A DNA stretch of 64,000 bases, taken from the NCBI GenBank assembly GCA_965645245.1, contig OZ287076.1, positions 1,612,001 through 1,676,000 on the forward strand, in the 5' to 3' direction. Below, in pieces: positions 1-9,184 of the stretch. This stretch comes from Massalongia carnosa (lineage: Eukaryota). Both the position numbers and the translations under genes were made by a program. The notes below the pieces were generated by a model, which made no database searches, was not told the origin of the DNA, and was given only the letters and a program-made list of their open reading frames with translations. Within the stretch, counting starts at the first letter, position 1. Every line of letters starts with the position of its first letter.

Positions 1-19
1 GTTTTCTGCACGGAGTTAC

Positions 20-50
20 GGTGACACCAGATAGGTGACACCAGATAGGT
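20..50. repeat. 14-bp tandem duplication (GGTGACACCAGATA x2 + GGT)
   Basis: Directly visible exact duplication. Confidence 0.85.
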
Positions 51-1006
51 ACAGCCGCTACGCATGGAGCGGTTGGTCATTTGGCAAAATGAAGCATGCA
101 GGGTGACGGCCCCACCGAGCGAGGCGGTTCCTAGGAATGGAGCAATCGTTCGATCCGCTCCTGTTGAGACTATTTTTGCACATTGATCGTCCCGCGCAGC
201 CACAGCGCTGGGTGGTCGGCTGGGCGGGGGGCCAGGTTGTCGGGCGGTTCCTGGCCTGTTCAGAGGCCGGATAAACGACGGAAGGGACAGCTAATATCCG
301 TAATCCGTGCAGAACAGGGCTTCTGGGTGCAGGCGGAGGAGATACTCTGCAGTTTTGCATTTCGCAACCTTTTTTTTTGGTTCATGTACACCGTTCTTCA
401 TCGGTATCAGCAAGTCAGCGGCCACAGATCAATCAGATGAATGCAAGTTAAACCCGGCTCATGCTCTGTTCCCGGGGTTCCGCGACCAATGATGATGTCT
501 GGCGTAGTCGCTGCCAAATGCACTGCAAGCGTTGACAAGGAGTTTGTTTTCTCTGTTGCTGGGGGATGGAGGCGGCCGTCCAGTCGTCACGACCTCCCTT
601 GGAGGTCCGGCCCTGTTGTATGGAAACACTTGTTCCACGTCAAGCAGATGCAGCATGCACGAGGGGGGCAGGCATGTGTATCATGTTCATGTATGCATAT
701 GAAATGCATCCTACGTAATAGTCTAGGCACCGCATCAGGTAAAATGCACAGAGTGGAGCGGGCTCATACTCTGTAATCTGTGCCTTGTACCTTAAAGTCG
801 GGAGGAAGTGGTAAGTGCCCCTGTCCATGTAACGTTGAGAATTCGGGGTTCCCCAGGAGCAGAAGTGCCGATTTCTAGGTGTCTTGCCGGTGAAGCACCG
901 ATCGTGGTTAGCGGGATGTTTCGTTAGGGAAGTCGCTCCCCCATTGGTCTACTGTACGGAGTATGCATAGTAATGTACCTTTGTCGATGCCATCATGAGG
1001 CATCTA

Positions 1007-1182
1007 TGAGATGGTTCTATGTCACGTGAGGCCCCTGAGTCAAAGTAAATTAAGAATCACCCTCTGAAAATTCTTTCCTCATCCACTTCTTCTCACTCGG
1101 CCTCATCCATCTCACTGACTCGTCGTCGACCCCACGTTGTCTCGGTGCCCCTACCTCGCTGTCAGTGCTTGCTGCTTTTCCC
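1007..1182 (+). repeat. Ngaro repeat A1 (176 bp)
   Basis: Identical by eye to 5291-5466 (TGAGATGGTTCTATG...GCTGCTTTTCCC). Confidence 0.95.
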
Positions 1183-1251
1183 ATCTCACTGACTCGTCGT
1201 CGACCTCACGTTGTCCTCGGTGCCCCTACCTCGCTGTCGGTGCTTTTTCCC
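1107..1251 (+). repeat. ~74-bp imperfect tandem duplication in the element's 5' leader
   Basis: CCATCTCACTGACTCGTCGTCGACC...CCCCTACCTCGCTGTC occurs at 1107 and again at 1181. Confidence 0.9.
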
Positions 1252-1252
1252 A

Positions 1253-2266
1253 ATGACGAACACCCGTTCCCAAAGCACCCCGATGGACGACATAGTCCCC
1301 GACTCCTAGGAGATTGTCGGATTGACGCAGGCCCAGTCCAATCAAATCTTCGCCCTACAAAAGAAGAAAGCCGAGGCAGAAGCGAAGGCGGCCGAGGCTG
1401 AGGCCAGAATTGCCGAGTCCAAGGCATTGGTCGCCGAGAAGGAGGTGGAAAAAATGCAGCTAGAAATCGACTGCATGCGCCGAGAATCTGACGCCCGAAT
1501 AGCGGCCGTCATTCCTGCTGGCAAGCCGAGTCGTGTCGTCGGCGATGACGACGAGGACCTAGGTGAGATCCCTCTCGAAGTAAGAAGTATAGCACCCCGT
1601 TTCGCGGGCCTACCACAGGACGAGATCATCAAGATCTTTTCAAATAAATTCAAAGCCATCAACCTCTCCCGCCTCCGACACATGCACGGCATGCAATACG
1701 AGTCCTACAAGGATCAGGACCGCATCGGCATCGAAGACGGCGCCTTGAGGTTGAGAAAGGCATCCGGGACCTACAAAGATTTCGGAAAGACAGTTCATGA
1801 CGTCTGGACCGAGAGCTTCATCAACTACACCTCGATCATGGTCAGTCTTTTCGGGAAATCGAGTCAACAGCTTCACGCCACCATGTCGGCATTCCACGGA
1901 AAAATCCTCACGCTGGCCAAGGTGTACGAGTGGCAGGAAGCAGTCCTCCCCCTCGCCATCGAAACCCACACTCACATCATCGCGTCTCAGCCATCCGACG
2001 CATCCCAATGGAAAATGCCCGACGAATTCCAAGCTCGATTCTGCACCCCCCTCACAGTCCTACGCCGTCGCCGCTCACGATCCCCGCCGTCCCGGCGACC
2101 GACCCCGAGAGGAGACAGGGCCGATAGGGCCGAGAAGGCAGCGGGGGAAATCTGCGACAAGTACAACAGCGGCACCTGCACCTGGCCGTCGTGCTACCGA
2201 CAGCACAAATGTAAATCGTGCGGCGCGGCTGGGCATGGCCAGAAGACATGCCCAACGAAGAAATAG
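1253..2266 (+). pseudogene. gag: Ngaro ORF1 gag-like protein (N-terminal coiled coil, C-terminal Cys/His zinc fingers); in-frame TAG at 1307-1309
   Basis: ATG 1253 (MTNTRSQ...) is in frame with ORF 1322-2266. C-terminus is CDKYNSGTCTWPSCYRQHKCKSCGAAGHGQKTC. It is the first ORF of the element. Confidence 0.8.
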
Positions 2267-2311
2267 GGGGTTGGTGCAGGAGGCAGTAGAATAGCTTCAA
2301 TAGCTGAATTC

Positions 2312-3550
2312 ATGACGTCCCATCCCTGCTTACCTGCACCAATCAGACCAAATACAATCCCTTCGTTTCAACTCGTAGACGCATCTCGTCAGCGTTTGAA
2401 AGACAGCCCATCTCCCCTCGTACCGTCCGCATGGGCAACTCTACTTCAAGAGTATCCGGGCCCCCTCCGAGTCCATCTGCCCATGATCCTTCGTTTCGGA
2501 GTACAAATCGGATACGAAGGCCCCACAGACATCCTTCGGATCGAAAAAAATCTGACATCAGCGAATGAGGACCCGGAAACGATCGAGAATAAGCTCCAAG
2601 AGGACCTCAGGAAGGGCCGAGTCAGACGAATAGCCGCCCCGAGTCAGCCATTTGTGGCCTCCCCCCTCGGCTTGGTCCCGAAACATGACGGAGGATGGCG
2701 ACGCATTCATCATCTGTCTCATCCCAATCAAACATCAGTCAACGACAACATTCCAGAAGAGGCATCCAAATTACAATACGCCAGACTCGACGACATTATT
2801 CAATTGATTCTGTCAGCGGGCAAAGGTGCTGTCATAGTGAAAAGAGACGTCAAAGACGCCTTTCGAAACGTTCCCGTCGCACCTCATCATCAATGGCTTC
2901 TGGGTTTCGGATGGAATGACGAATTCTACACCGAGACATGCCTTTCCTTCGGACTGTCGACGGCCCCGTTCATCTTCAATCTTTTTGCGGAAGGCTTTCA
3001 TTGGATTTTGGAATCCTTTCTACAATGGAGATTACATCACTATCTAGACGACTTCGTTGCAATTTTCCCATCCGAGACATCGTCAGAACGATTGCACCAA
3101 GAAACAAAAGCCTACAACATTCTCACCGACATTCTTGGCATCCCGAGAAAGGACTCAAAAGACGCCGAGGGAACGACAGCGACAGTCTTCGGACTCGAGG
3201 TCGACACCATCAACAGTCTTATTCGTCTGCCAGCGGACAAGCTGGAAAAAGCGAGAATCATCACTACAAAGGCACTAAACGAGACGACAATCAGCCTCGG
3301 CGACATGCAGTCAATAGCGGGCTTCCTAAGCTTCTGCGCACAGGCAGTCAAATTGGGCCGAGTCTTCTTACGATTATTCTGGAATTTTATAGCCTCATTT
3401 CCCTCGGGCAGTCATCGTCGGGTCAAAAGAAGAATTCCCACATGGGTCAGACAGGATCTCATCTGGTGGAACAAACTTCTAGTGGACTTCAACGGTATTG
3501 TCTTCTTCGAGACGTCAACACGAGACACGATCAAGACAACGAGCTCGTGA
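2312..3550 (+). CDS. pol: Ngaro reverse transcriptase (pol), in frame with gag
   Basis: DIRS/Ngaro RT motifs SPLGLVPK, WRRIHHLS, KRDVKDAFRNVPV, CLSFGLSTAPFIFN, HYLDDF, FGLEVDT. Confidence 0.93.
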   Translation: MTSHPCLPAPIRPNTIPSFQLVDASRQRLKDSPSPLVPSAWATLLQEYPGPLRVHLPMILRFGVQIGYEGPTDILRIEKNLTSANEDPETIENKLQEDLRKGRVRRIAAPSQPFVASPLGLVPKHDGGWRRIHHLSHPNQTSVNDNIPEEASKLQYARLDDIIQLILSAGKGAVIVKRDVKDAFRNVPVAPHHQWLLGFGWNDEFYTETCLSFGLSTAPFIFNLFAEGFHWILESFLQWRLHHYLDDFVAIFPSETSSERLHQETKAYNILTDILGIPRKDSKDAEGTTATVFGLEVDTINSLIRLPADKLEKARIITTKALNETTISLGDMQSIAGFLSFCAQAVKLGRVFLRLFWNFIASFPSGSHRRVKRRIPTWVRQDLIWWNKLLVDFNGIVFFETSTRDTIKTTSS

Positions 3551-3966
3551 ATCAAAAAAACGCATGTAGGGCCCGAGTCCTAGTCCTCAATCAGGAAGGA
3601 TCACCGAGCATAAACGTCCGAGAAGTCGAAGCTATCCTTCTAATCCTTCAGAAATGGGCGCCGACATGGCGACATCGACAGATCCTTGTCTTTACCGACA
3701 GCAACACAGCATACACAGGATTCACGAATCTAACCCTCAAGGGACCGGCCAACGCGCCTCTACGAGAAATACTGTCCATAGCTGCAAAGTGGGACATCGT
3801 ACTACGTTGTCAATGGATCAGTGGCACTTCCAATGGACTAGCAGATGCCCTGTCACGTTTTGATGATGAAAGATTGGCTAACTTTTGCCCTCATTGGCAG
3901 AACCCATACAATTCGATGAACCTCCCTCCACCTACCTATCCTCCACACCAGGGTCAGCCCTGGTAA
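3530..3966 (+). pseudogene. RNase H domain remnant, out of frame with RT and lacking its first catalytic motif
   Basis: SINVREVEA, VFTDSNTAY and WISGTSNGLADALSR are present in the frame of ORF 2938-3966. No TDAS-like motif occurs upstream in either frame. Confidence 0.8.
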
Positions 3967-5048
3967 AACGTCTCGTCTGGCACGGACACTCGGCGGACAC
4001 GAGAAAAGGGTACGGGACGGCGATCGACTCATACGAGGCATTCTGCGCGACGACGGGACGCACGTCGTGGCCTGCAACAACCGAGTCCCTCGAGGAATGG
4101 CTAGCCGGTCGACTATACGGGGGCGGCACACCCAAGCAGGGAAAGATAAAACCAGAGACGGCAGCGAGCTACCTCGCCGGCCTCAGATCATACCATGTAG
4201 ACCGAGGATACGGCCTCACCCCATTCGAGGGGCCGAGACTTCAATTGATGCTGAAAGGGGGAAAAAGGATCTTTTCTCAGACAAAAAGAAGACGCCTACC
4301 CATTTCAAAAGAATTACTGACAAAAATCACCAGTATTCCCGCTCATTCGGCCGAAGACCTCAACATCGACGCGACATTCAAAGTTGCATGGGCAGGGTTC
4401 CTCAGACTCGGGGAAATCACCTACACTGTCGCTGATCGTAAGAAGACATCTTTTCAGAGATTGAAACCTACACGAGGTGACATCTCATTCGCCGAGAACG
4501 ATCAATACGCGACATTACGTCTCAAAAGAAGCAAAACAGACACAAATCACTCAGGAGTTCAGATAGTGCTGGCAGCGACCAATGAGAGCACTTGCCCCGT
4601 GACAGCACTACGGCGTCTTTTCAGAAATGATCCTCAGCCATCTACATCCCCGCTTTTTCGTCTCGGCACCGCATTCACCAGAGCCTCCGTCATAGCATCC
4701 CTGAAAAAGAGACTGATAGCCGTCGGCATCAACGACTCGGCATACTCGGGACACAGCTTCAGAAAAGGAGCAGCACAACACGCCGCCGACCACGGGATGC
4801 TGGATGAGAGTATTCAGAGACTCGGAAGATGGTCATCAAACGCGTTTCAGCTATACTTTCAGACGTCCCAGGCCTCACTATTCAATTTGAACCTCAGTTT
4901 TCAAAAAGGCATCCCTCTAGCAGTCCCACGTGCTGTCGTCGCCGAGACGAATCCTACAAACTCCTACCCCTACTCAATTGGGCATTCCATTGGGCGTACA
5001 GGTCAACCAGGGCATCGATCCGGAGCGCCGCCGGGCACCTCCATCTAG
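3885..5048 (+). CDS. Tyrosine recombinase (YR integrase) of the Ngaro element; open frame, no AUG near its 5' end
   Basis: SAM-like N-domain (SADTRKGYGTAIDSY) and catalytic R-K-HxxR-W-Y set: FLRLGE, SKTD, HSFRKGAA, LGRWSSNAFQLY. Confidence 0.93.
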   Translation: MPSLAEPIQFDEPPSTYLSSTPGSALVKRLVWHGHSADTRKGYGTAIDSYEAFCATTGRTSWPATTESLEEWLAGRLYGGGTPKQGKIKPETAASYLAGLRSYHVDRGYGLTPFEGPRLQLMLKGGKRIFSQTKRRRLPISKELLTKITSIPAHSAEDLNIDATFKVAWAGFLRLGEITYTVADRKKTSFQRLKPTRGDISFAENDQYATLRLKRSKTDTNHSGVQIVLAATNESTCPVTALRRLFRNDPQPSTSPLFRLGTAFTRASVIASLKKRLIAVGINDSAYSGHSFRKGAAQHAADHGMLDESIQRLGRWSSNAFQLYFQTSQASLFNLNLSFQKGIPLAVPRAVVAETNPTNSYPYSIGHSIGRTGQPGHRSGAPPGTSI

Positions 5049-5290
5049 ATCATCGCCGTCGGGCACTGCCGTCGGGCATCATCTATCGGATCGTTGAGCG
5101 TCAGCAGACGCCTCGGGCCTAGAAGATGAGGTTCTCACCTCAGCACCGACCCCGAGTCACGTGCCTAGGCCTGCCCGGGCTGACCTGTGTCGTTCCCATG
5201 CCCAATCAAATTCAAGCATTCAAATCAATTCATCCAATTAAAAGCCCCCCCAGCGCAAGCGAAGGTAACGGCACCGATAAGGGTCATAGA
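4991..5290 (+). repeat. Ngaro repeat B1 (300 bp)
   Basis: Identical by eye to 5521-5820; the YR stop codon lies inside it. Confidence 0.95.
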
Positions 5291-5466
5291 TGAGATGGTT
5301 CTATGTCACGTGAGGCCCCTGAGTCAAAGTAAATTAAGAATCACCCTCTGAAAATTCTTTCCTCATCCACTTCTTCTCACTCGGCCTCATCCATCTCACT
5401 GACTCGTCGTCGACCCCACGTTGTCTCGGTGCCCCTACCTCGCTGTCAGTGCTTGCTGCTTTTCCC
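5291..5466 (+). repeat. Ngaro repeat A2 (176 bp)
   Basis: Copy of 1007-1182 directly abutting B1. Confidence 0.95.
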
Positions 5467-5520
5467 CACCCTCGGCCACCCGAGATTCATAGCTAGTTAG
5501 AAGCCACCTTAAGTGAGCGA

Positions 5521-5820
5521 TGGGCGTACAGGTCAACCAGGGCATCGATCCGGAGCGCCGCCGGGCACCTCCATCTAGATCATCGCCGTCGGGCACTGCC
5601 GTCGGGCATCATCTATCGGATCGTTGAGCGTCAGCAGACGCCTCGGGCCTAGAAGATGAGGTTCTCACCTCAGCACCGACCCCGAGTCACGTGCCTAGGC
5701 CTGCCCGGGCTGACCTGTGTCGTTCCCATGCCCAATCAAATTCAAGCATTCAAATCAATTCATCCAATTAAAAGCCCCCCCAGCGCAAGCGAAGGTAACG
5801 GCACCGATAAGGGTCATAGA
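5521..5820 (+). repeat. Ngaro repeat B2 (300 bp)
   Basis: Copy of 4991-5290; ends ...GGGTCATAGA. Confidence 0.95.
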
Positions 5821-7525
5821 CCTTCCAATCTACCTTCCAATTGGTTTCTGGTCGTAAAATAGCTAAACTACTAAGTACCTACGGAGTCCATGGAAATGTA
5901 ACGTTTCTTCGCCGTTCACCGAGTACTCCGTACCTATTTCGAGAATCATGATGACCATGATCATGACACCGAGTTGCTTGGTATGATATCAACGAGCGAT
6001 GTCAATCAGTATCAATATTATAGAGTACCTAGTAATCCGTATTCACATCCTTCCCTCCATTACTCAATATCTTCACCAACAACACCCACCTAACATCATT
6101 CTTCCCCGCCAACAGTCGTGCCGACTAGGTAGGGCCTGCTAGGGAGTGCGCCGCCGGCAATCATCGTTCGGTCTAGGATGCATCTCTTAACATCATAGGT
6201 CAGAGGACCTTGTACTCGGTAGGGAAGCATTCAAACCACTCAAAGCACAGGAATCTAGAGCAGGTGTAAGTTGATTATTTATAATGGGGTCCGAACCGCT
6301 CGACAGAATCTGTACTCGGTACATAAAATCCACATATCTCAGAGCGTGCATACAAGAATACATTGTACATTGGATTTGTTCAGATCTTTCCATCAGTACA
6401 TACCCAAAACGATCGCCGTTGGCCCGATCCGGCCTTCGGCAACCTATCTCTGGCCCGGAAAGGGATTGATATTCAATCAATTCAAAGATTCGACCAGCGA
6501 TCACAAAAGTTTACTGCTGTTAACGTCTACCAATCTGGCCTACGCTCCACCCCAACCCCACCTTCGGCCCCCAGCCGTTGACGTACAGATCTACTCTTCC
6601 TTCCTTCTCCTCTTGCGAGACGTCAGAATTCCATCATCACCCATCAGACGACGTACTGCTGCCAAGTAGTCTACAAAGTACAGAAGGCACCTAAATTGGA
6701 TCTAACTTGATTCAATTAGTTCCACTGCCTAATCCCCCCATATTCACCCCACCAAATCGCCAAACATGCATGTCAATCAAACCACTCTAGCAAGACATTT
6801 GAACAGCTAACGCTCTACCTTCGTACCAGCACCGTGGAACCAGGCCGACTTCGTTTTGAAGCTAAGCAGTGGTAGTTCATGGGTTGCTGCATCTAACTAC
6901 TTCAACTGTAGCGGACAGCGGCCTGAGCGTGTGTGAAACTGGGCATCCTCCCATTTGCCGCGTTTCACGTTCTTTCGCCGTCGTCGTCGGTGGGTTTGCA
7001 TTGAAAAAAAGTATTGCACCCAAGATACAAATCCGCAGCAATAGCCAAAACTGTCATTCACTCATCAGCAACGCGTGATTTCCATTCAATTGGATTACGC
7101 TCCACATCATCCCTATTAAATCCCTCCGTTACTCTCCTTCTACGTGCGCAATTGTGAAAAAGGATTCCAGAAGCGCACCTTGGATCCACGGGAAGGCACT
7201 TTCCAGATCGAAGATCAACTAAAGGGTACGGAAAAGGAAACTATACAAGCGAAAGCGAAGCAAGTCTTATGTTACTTCGTCATACATATCATATCTATTC
7301 TGTACTACTCGGCTCTACTTCACTTTACACCGGGCATGAATTGGCGAATAGTGCGTGCTCGGAGTCTCCACTTGAATGATTTGATACCGCCATCTCTTGT
7401 GATTAACACTGCGACATCTTGCCCATGACACTTTGCCCCAATCCCGCCGAGAGACACAACGAAGAATCAGACATATCACCTTACGCACAGCACGTACAGC
7501 ATAGACTAAACCAACTCGGACATCA

Positions 7526-9184
7526 ATGGATCCAACAGAGGAAATGGCGGAGATGCACCGACGCTCGAATAATTATAATCCCAATGTTGTGGTACTGAAA
7601 CCTCAAGCCATCCCACGCGCCGATCTGGCTTCTGATGTCCGCTCTAGGGAGAGTCGGTAGGACCTCGACAGTCAAGCCGTGCAATCGTTGCAGAGTACGC
7701 CCAAGCCGATCGGATTTTCGTTGTCAAAACTCGGGTACGCCCAACGTTTTCCCATGCTCTCATCCATACTGATAGCTATGTGGGCAGGCCTTGGCGAACG
7801 TCTACTACCAATACAGGCTCATCAAAGGAGATGGCAACTGTGGCTGGAGAGGTGTGTCGAGGCAGCTAGCCCAATTTCATTGCAACGACAACGTGGCTAA
7901 ACCTTTTCAAGCTCTCGCCTTTGGTTATTTTGAAGTGCTACTTCGGACAACCGACCGCCGTAGAATCGAACGAGAATCCGCTAGGCTCAAGTCGTACAAC
8001 ACGCTTCTCAACACGATAGGCTATGAGGAAGATCTGTACATAGACTTCGTTCAAGAGACGCTCGACTTGCTGGAGCGGACCGCTGCCAATATAGGTCGTC
8101 CAGATGGCGAGCAACTGTTGTTGGCTAGCTTCAACGACGAGTCCGTGTCGAATTCCATTATCACCCATTTCCGGGTGAGTAGGATATCCTGGCGCGCGAT
8201 TTTGGACAACTCAGATGGGCTAACCATGCAGCTAGCTGATAACAAGCGCGTGGATGAAGTCAAATGCTGCTCAATACGAGGGCTTCCTACCCAATTTAAC
8301 CATTGACCAATATCGAACCGCGCATATCGACCCTTATCAGGTCGAAATCGAGCACTTGGGCATGCACGCCTGTATTGATGCCGTTCTAAAGCCTGCTGGA
8401 ATCGCGGTCGATGTCATGTACCTTGACCGCAGCGAAGGTGATGCGGTGAACACGCTCAGCTGGGAGCCAGAATCCCCGAACGACATTGGCATTATCCCAA
8501 GACTACGACTGCTCTATCGGCCGTGGGTGTTTCTTGTATATACTCCCACTTGACCAGTTTGGCTGACCGATCGCAGCGGTCATTATGATATCCTCTACAG
8601 CGAAGAAGACATTGGAGACATCCAGAACTACTTTGCAAACCCGGGAGTCCACTTTTTTTCCATACCAGATCCACCTGTGTTGTTGGGACCTGTGGGGCCC
8701 CCTGCTGCCTATTGTCTACATCTGAACCCCAATGAAGATTCCTATCTAGATATCCCTGGCATGTCGCTCGTACCGAACGATGTGCTCAGGGCTTCAACAA
8801 ATCTATGTAACGAGATAGTCTATGATGAACAAATCACATTGATCGGTCCGGAACCTTTTGCAGTTTCATCACCATCATTGCAATCTCCTCCGACTTCGTT
8901 ACCGGACCAGCCGTACGCCTTTCGAAACTCGAAATATCAGCTTGATGTAGATTTTGGCTTTCAAGAGGGGCTAGGGCCTCACTCCCTACCTTGTCAGACC
9001 GATGCCATGAAGCAGTGAGTGCCTCTGCTCTGCGCCTTAGCTTCTGCATCTCCACCTATTTCACGTGAATCTGCTTATGATGCTGACATTGTAAGCAAGC
9101 GCGGGGGAGTGTGCGGGGCATTTCAGGAATCACGACTTCCAGCCCATTATTTGGTCGCCTAAATCCGAGTCTAGGTCCGGATAA
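7526..9184 (+). CDS. Otubain-like deubiquitinase (peptidase C65), about 6 introns; start codon tentative
   Basis: Spliced reading gives YRLIKGDGNCGWR-ALAFGYFE, HFR-LITSAWMK, EIEHLG, YLDRSEG and LLYRP-GHYDILY (catalytic Cys and His motifs), with canonical GT-AG introns. Confidence 0.88.

Larger units (their letters stand above)
1007..5820 (+). mobile_element. Ngaro-type tyrosine-recombinase retrotransposon (DIRS order), full length but with internal lesions
   Basis: Split direct repeats in the order A1(1007-1182)...B1(4991-5290) A2(5291-5466) spacer B2(5521-5820). Encodes gag with a Cys/His finger, RT (HYLDDF), RNase H remnant and YR. No TSD, as expected for YR integration. Confidence 0.95.

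Noticed and set aside
2938..3529. 5' part of the 342-aa ORF overlapping RT
   Set aside because: No recognisable motifs before about 3530; only its 3' part (RNase H) is meaningful.
3885..5048. YR as a Starship captain or Crypton
   Set aside because: It lies inside split direct repeats with gag and RT, so it belongs to the Ngaro retroelement.
5656..5862. 68-aa ORF
   Set aside because: Lies in repeat B2 and runs into the flank; no protein features.
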